DNA of 64,000 bases from Gammaproteobacteria bacterium (GTDB lineage Bacteria > Pseudomonadota > Gammaproteobacteria > UBA4575): the NCBI GenBank assembly GCA_045106935.1, contig JBGCFN010000014.1, forward strand, positions 562 through 64,561, read 5' to 3'. Both the position numbers and the translations under genes were made by a program. Every line of letters begins with the position of its first letter. Position 1 is the stretch's first letter. Positions 60,946 through 64,000 of this stretch are shown here, one piece after another. The notes under the pieces are model-generated. The model was given only the letters and a program-made list of their open reading frames with translations. It made no database searches and was not told the DNA's origin.

Positions 60946-62121
60946 TTAAAGTTGCTGCTGAAAAGCGTCAATGCATTCGGCGATGAGTGTTGCAATCATT
61001 GCAATGTCATCTTTGCTGCAAATGAGTGGCGGTAGAATGCGAATGACATTGTCAGCGGTGACATTCACTAATAATTTTTTCTTTAATGCGAGATCTACGA
61101 TGGCAACGCACGGCACGGTTAGTTCGATACCAATCATCATGCCGCAGCCACGGATATCTTTAACCAGCTTGTGATCAGAGAGCGTCTGTTTGAGTGTATC
61201 AACCAGCAGAGTGCCCATATTTGCCGCATGCGATAAAAGATTTTCTTCTTCGATAATATTAAGCACTTGTAATGCGGTTGCGCAAGCTAGTGGATTGCCA
61301 CCAAAAGTGCTGCCATGGGAGCCTGGGCCAAATAATTCAGCCGCGTCACCTCGTGCGAGACATGCACCAATGGGCATTCCATTGCCAAGGCCTTTCGCTG
61401 TGGTCATAACGTCAGGTAGGATATTTTGGTGGTGGCAAGCAAACCATTTTCCAGTACGGCCATTACCGGTTTGGACTTCATCAAGCATCAATAATAAATT
61501 GTGTTGATCGCAAATATCACGCAATTCCTTAAGAAAAGTGTCGCTAGGAATATGTATGCCACCTTCGCCTTGAATGGGTTCAACAAAAATTGCGCAAACA
61601 TTGGAATTGTTTTTGCAAATTTCTGCAATCGTTTCACTGTCACCAAACGGTGCACGGATAAATCCAGCCACCAAAGGTTCAAAGCCAGCATGGGCTTTTC
61701 GATTGCCTGTCGCAGTGAGCGTTGCCATGGTGCGACCATGGAAACTATTTTCACAGACGATAATTGTCGGTGTTTCTATGTTTTGTTTATTACCATGCAA
61801 GCGTGCCAGTTTGATGGCTGCTTCATTGGCTTCTGCGCCTGAGTTGCAAAAGAATGCGCGTTGCATCTTGCTAACGTCACATAGTTGTTTGCCTAATTGT
61901 TCTTGAGCACTAATTCGGTAGATGTTTGAAGTATGTAACAGTGTATTCGCTTGCTGAGAAATAACTTCTGCAATTTTGGGGTGGGCATGGCCGAGCCCGC
62001 AGACCGCAATACCGGAGAGTGCATCTAAATACTTACCACCATTTTGATCCCACAGCCATATGCCTTCACCCTTGGTGAAGGTAATATCTTTGCGAGCATA
62101 GGTTGACATTAATGTATCCAA
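60946..62121 (-). CDS. argD: Acetylornithine/succinyl-diaminopimelate aminotransferase (class III PLP)
   Basis: Class III aminotransferase. PLP-Lys region ...DVMTTAKGLGNG... Length 391 aa. Immediately upstream of argF. Confidence 0.88.
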   Translation of the reverse strand: MDTLMSTYARKDITFTKGEGIWLWDQNGGKYLDALSGIAVCGLGHAHPKIAEVISQQANTLLHTSNIYRISAQEQLGKQLCDVSKMQRAFFCNSGAEANEAAIKLARLHGNKQNIETPTIIVCENSFHGRTMATLTATGNRKAHAGFEPLVAGFIRAPFGDSETIAEICKNNSNVCAIFVEPIQGEGGIHIPSDTFLKELRDICDQHNLLLMLDEVQTGNGRTGKWFACHHQNILPDVMTTAKGLGNGMPIGACLARGDAAELFGPGSHGSTFGGNPLACATALQVLNIIEEENLLSHAANMGTLLVDTLKQTLSDHKLVKDIRGCGMMIGIELTVPCVAIVDLALKKKLLVNVTADNVIRILPPLICSKDDIAMIATLIAECIDAFQQQL

Positions 62122-62140
62122 AATAATTAATTCGATTGTT

Positions 62141-62174
62141 TATAAAATAAAAACGGCAGCGGGGTTCCGCTGCC
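62141..62174 (-). terminator. Intrinsic terminator for the 62250..62750 gene
   Basis: Perfect 9-bp GC-rich stem CGGCAGCGG-ggtt-CCGCTGCCG. On the minus strand it is followed by TTTTTATTTTAT. Confidence 0.75.
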
Positions 62175-62249
62175 GTAGTGAAATTATGCTACCAAACATG
62201 CTGTTTTTCCAGCTTGTTTGGCGGGCTTTATCTGCCCTTGGTGCTCAAC

Positions 62250-62750
62250 TTAAAAAGGTAAGCCGTGACCGTGGCCAACCATACACATTAGCATGGGTAT
62301 AGATAGCAATGTGTTGGTGCGCGATGCCATGAACGCCACTTTCTTAGCAGTTGCTTTTTCGGCGTCAGTCGCTTCTTTAATACCCAGTAGTTTTTTCTGG
62401 TTAGGCCAGATTAAGCCCCAAACATTGAAGAGCATAATTGTACCAAGCCATGCACCGATACCGATCACAGTTAATCCGTTTGTGAATAGCATGTTAGGAA
62501 CAAAGCCGCCGACATAAGATAGTGCGCCAGCGCCCGTCAACCATGTGGCAAGTGCACCCCAGCGGAACCACCATAGTGCACGTGGTGCAACATATTTACT
62601 GATGGCAGCGGGTCCTGGGCCATCACTGTCTGCAGTTGCAGCAGCCACGGCAGGCACTTGTACGAAATTAAAGTAATAAAGTAAGCCGATCCAAATAACG
62701 CCGGCAAAAACATGTAGCCACACCATTAGCGACCATGTGTTTATTTCCAT
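62250..62750 (-). CDS. Small polytopic membrane protein (PuuD N-terminal domain / HemJ-like)
   Basis: 166 aa with 4 TM helices. N-terminal W..HV.AGVIWIG...YF resembles the PuuD/HemJ transmembrane haem-binding fold. Strong SD (GAGGAG) upstream. Confidence 0.55.
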   Translation of the reverse strand: MEINTWSLMVWLHVFAGVIWIGLLYYFNFVQVPAVAAATADSDGPGPAAISKYVAPRALWWFRWGALATWLTGAGALSYVGGFVPNMLFTNGLTVIGIGAWLGTIMLFNVWGLIWPNQKKLLGIKEATDAEKATAKKVAFMASRTNTLLSIPMLMCMVGHGHGLPF

Positions 62751-62808
62751 AGTGATATCTCCTCAGATTTTGATTATTTATTATATGCGTTATACGCTGC
62801 AGTTTGAT

Positions 62809-62886
62809 TTAGACGATTAGCGTAATAATGATGGCTAAAACAAAGCCTGCGATGATGGTCCCTAGTACTGAATTTAATGGGTTCAC
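62809..62886 (-). CDS. Putative 25-aa hydrophobic micro-protein (GTG start)
   Basis: GAGGTgctacGTG, then VNPLNSVLGTIIAGFVLAIIITLIV*, a single TM helix, 58 nt upstream of the membrane-protein gene on the same strand. Below the 60-aa ORF-track cutoff. Confidence 0.3.
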   Translation of the reverse strand: MNPLNSVLGTIIAGFVLAIIITLIV

Positions 62887-63005
62887 GTAGCACCTCAATA
62901 TTGATTGTTATTTTTAAATAAAAAGTTCGATTGAAAATTGCAAAAACCTTACAACCGCTCAAGTTAAACCATAGAAGGTTTTACCACTAAAAACAACAAT
63001 CACAG

Positions 63006-64000
63006 ATGGCTATAAATTCAATCCAATTGAGCTTATTTGCTCATAAAATCAATGCATTATGTGAGGAAATGGGGGCCCACCTGCGTCATGCCGCTTTTTC
63101 ACCAAATATTCGAGATCGATTGGATTATTCTTGCGCAATTTTTGATGGGCGTGGGCAGATGTGTGCTCAGGCTGCTCATATACCCGTTCATTTAGGCAGC
63201 ATGGCTTATGCCATGGAAGGTATTGTTGATCAATTTGATTGGCGCATTGGCGACATTGTCATATTTAATGATCCTTACATGGGCGGCACTCATTTGCCTG
63301 ATGTCACGCTAGTCGTGCCAGTGTTTGCTAATAATCAGTGTGTGGGGTTTGTGGCTAACCGTGCACATCATGCAGATATTGGTTCTGAGGAACCCGGATC
63401 AATGCCACTTTCGTCACATCTGGAAGAAGAAGGGATTGTTATTTCTCCTCAATACTTAGGGACGGATGATCAGATTGATGATGCCTTGTATAAAACAGTA
63501 TTTTCCAAAGTACAACGAGAAGATAAAACCTATGCAGATATTAGTGCGCAACTGGGTGCAAATTTGCATGGCGTCAATCGTTTGCAAATGTTGGTCTCTG
63601 AACTTGGCGTTGATCACTATCAGCAATTAACAGAGCAATTGTTTGAGTATTCGTATGCCATGGCTGTGAGTCAGCTTAAGCGTATACCCAATGGATTTTA
63701 CTCGGCCGTTGACTATATGGATGATGATGGGTTGGGCAATATCAATATTCCTATTAAAGTTGAGGTGACGGTTGACGATGGGACAGTTCAAGTGGATTTT
63801 TCAGGCACGGCTAAGCAGGTTGAAGGCAATATAAATTGCCCTAAAGCCGTCACAGCGGCGGCCGTGTTTTATGTGTTTCGCTGCTTGATGAATGAAGAGA
63901 TGCCTTCAAGTAAAGGATTGTTTGATCCAATTTCAATTTCAACTAACCCAGGGACTTTGGTAGACGCAAATTATCCTGCTGCCGTTGCTGCGGGCAATGT
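63006..64000 (+). CDS. Hydantoinase B / 5-oxoprolinase subunit family protein, 3'-partial. Runs off the window.
   Basis: The frame is open from the ATG at 63006 to the window end, with an in-frame stop at 62988 upstream. The family hallmark ...IVIFNDPYMGGTHLPDVTLV... is present. It is not in the ORF track because no stop is reached. Confidence 0.8.
   Translation, partial: MAINSIQLSLFAHKINALCEEMGAHLRHAAFSPNIRDRLDYSCAIFDGRGQMCAQAAHIPVHLGSMAYAMEGIVDQFDWRIGDIVIFNDPYMGGTHLPDVTLVVPVFANNQCVGFVANRAHHADIGSEEPGSMPLSSHLEEEGIVISPQYLGTDDQIDDALYKTVFSKVQREDKTYADISAQLGANLHGVNRLQMLVSELGVDHYQQLTEQLFEYSYAMAVSQLKRIPNGFYSAVDYMDDDGLGNINIPIKVEVTVDDGTVQVDFSGTAKQVEGNINCPKAVTAAAVFYVFRCLMNEEMPSSKGLFDPISISTNPGTLVDANYPAAVAAGN

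Noticed and set aside
62774-62962. 62-aa minus-strand ORF from the six-frame track
   Set aside because: The sequence is low-complexity and has no RBS. It lies in the divergent promoter region and overlaps, in another frame, a better-supported 25-codon micro-ORF that has an SD.

Overview
This 64 kb window looks like chromosome from a low-GC (about 40% by eye) gammaproteobacterium and is almost entirely core or housekeeping genes. I recognise no rRNA, tRNA, CRISPR, IS, integrase or phage genes. The gene order, left to right, is as follows.

- A 5'-truncated dCache/PAS methyl-accepting chemotaxis protein.
- A loosely packed accessory patch (2.9-9.8 kb) holding:
  - an NADPH-FMN reductase;
  - an alpha/beta-hydrolase::OsmC fusion;
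  - a GC-richer lipoprotein with two CxxCH cytochrome c domains bracketing three tandem beta-sandwich repeats;
  - several small hypotheticals.
- alr-dnaB-rplI-[polytopic membrane protein]-rpsR-rpsF, with no priB.
- rlmB-rnr, a SPOR protein, a sterol-desaturase-like protein, a GNAT acetyltransferase.
- purA-hisZ-yjeT-hflC-hflK-hflX-hfq-miaA-mutL, then a 3-gene insertion (hypothetical, RibD-C-like, sohB), then amiB-tsaE-nnr.
- Divergent from that, queG-ydbH-ynbE-ydbL. The ORF track missed ynbE.
- DUF938, pgi, panC-panB-dNK-folK-pcnB, amtB-glnK with TGCA palindromes upstream, cmoB-cmoA, a lipoprotein.
- A c-di-GMP cluster: an RHH protein, a degenerate-REC-PAS-GGDEF-EAL protein and a GAF-GGDEF protein. 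It ends in a perfect 17-bp hairpin and sits near a divergently oriented J-domain/Zn-ribbon/PilZ protein.
- mazG, nadC, agcS, a DUF3179 protein, argF, argD, a PuuD/HemJ-like membrane protein and a 5' fragment of hydantoinase B/oxoprolinase.

I cannot point to a clear novel defence or mobile system. The most unusual items are these:
- the cytochrome-repeat lipoprotein;
- the J-domain-PilZ effector next to the c-di-GMP enzymes;
- the ERRxxxDRRxP motif shared by two unlinked small proteins;
- the ribosomal-operon arrangement with a YybS-like membrane protein and no priB.

All functional calls come from motif and pattern recognition by eye. No searches were run.
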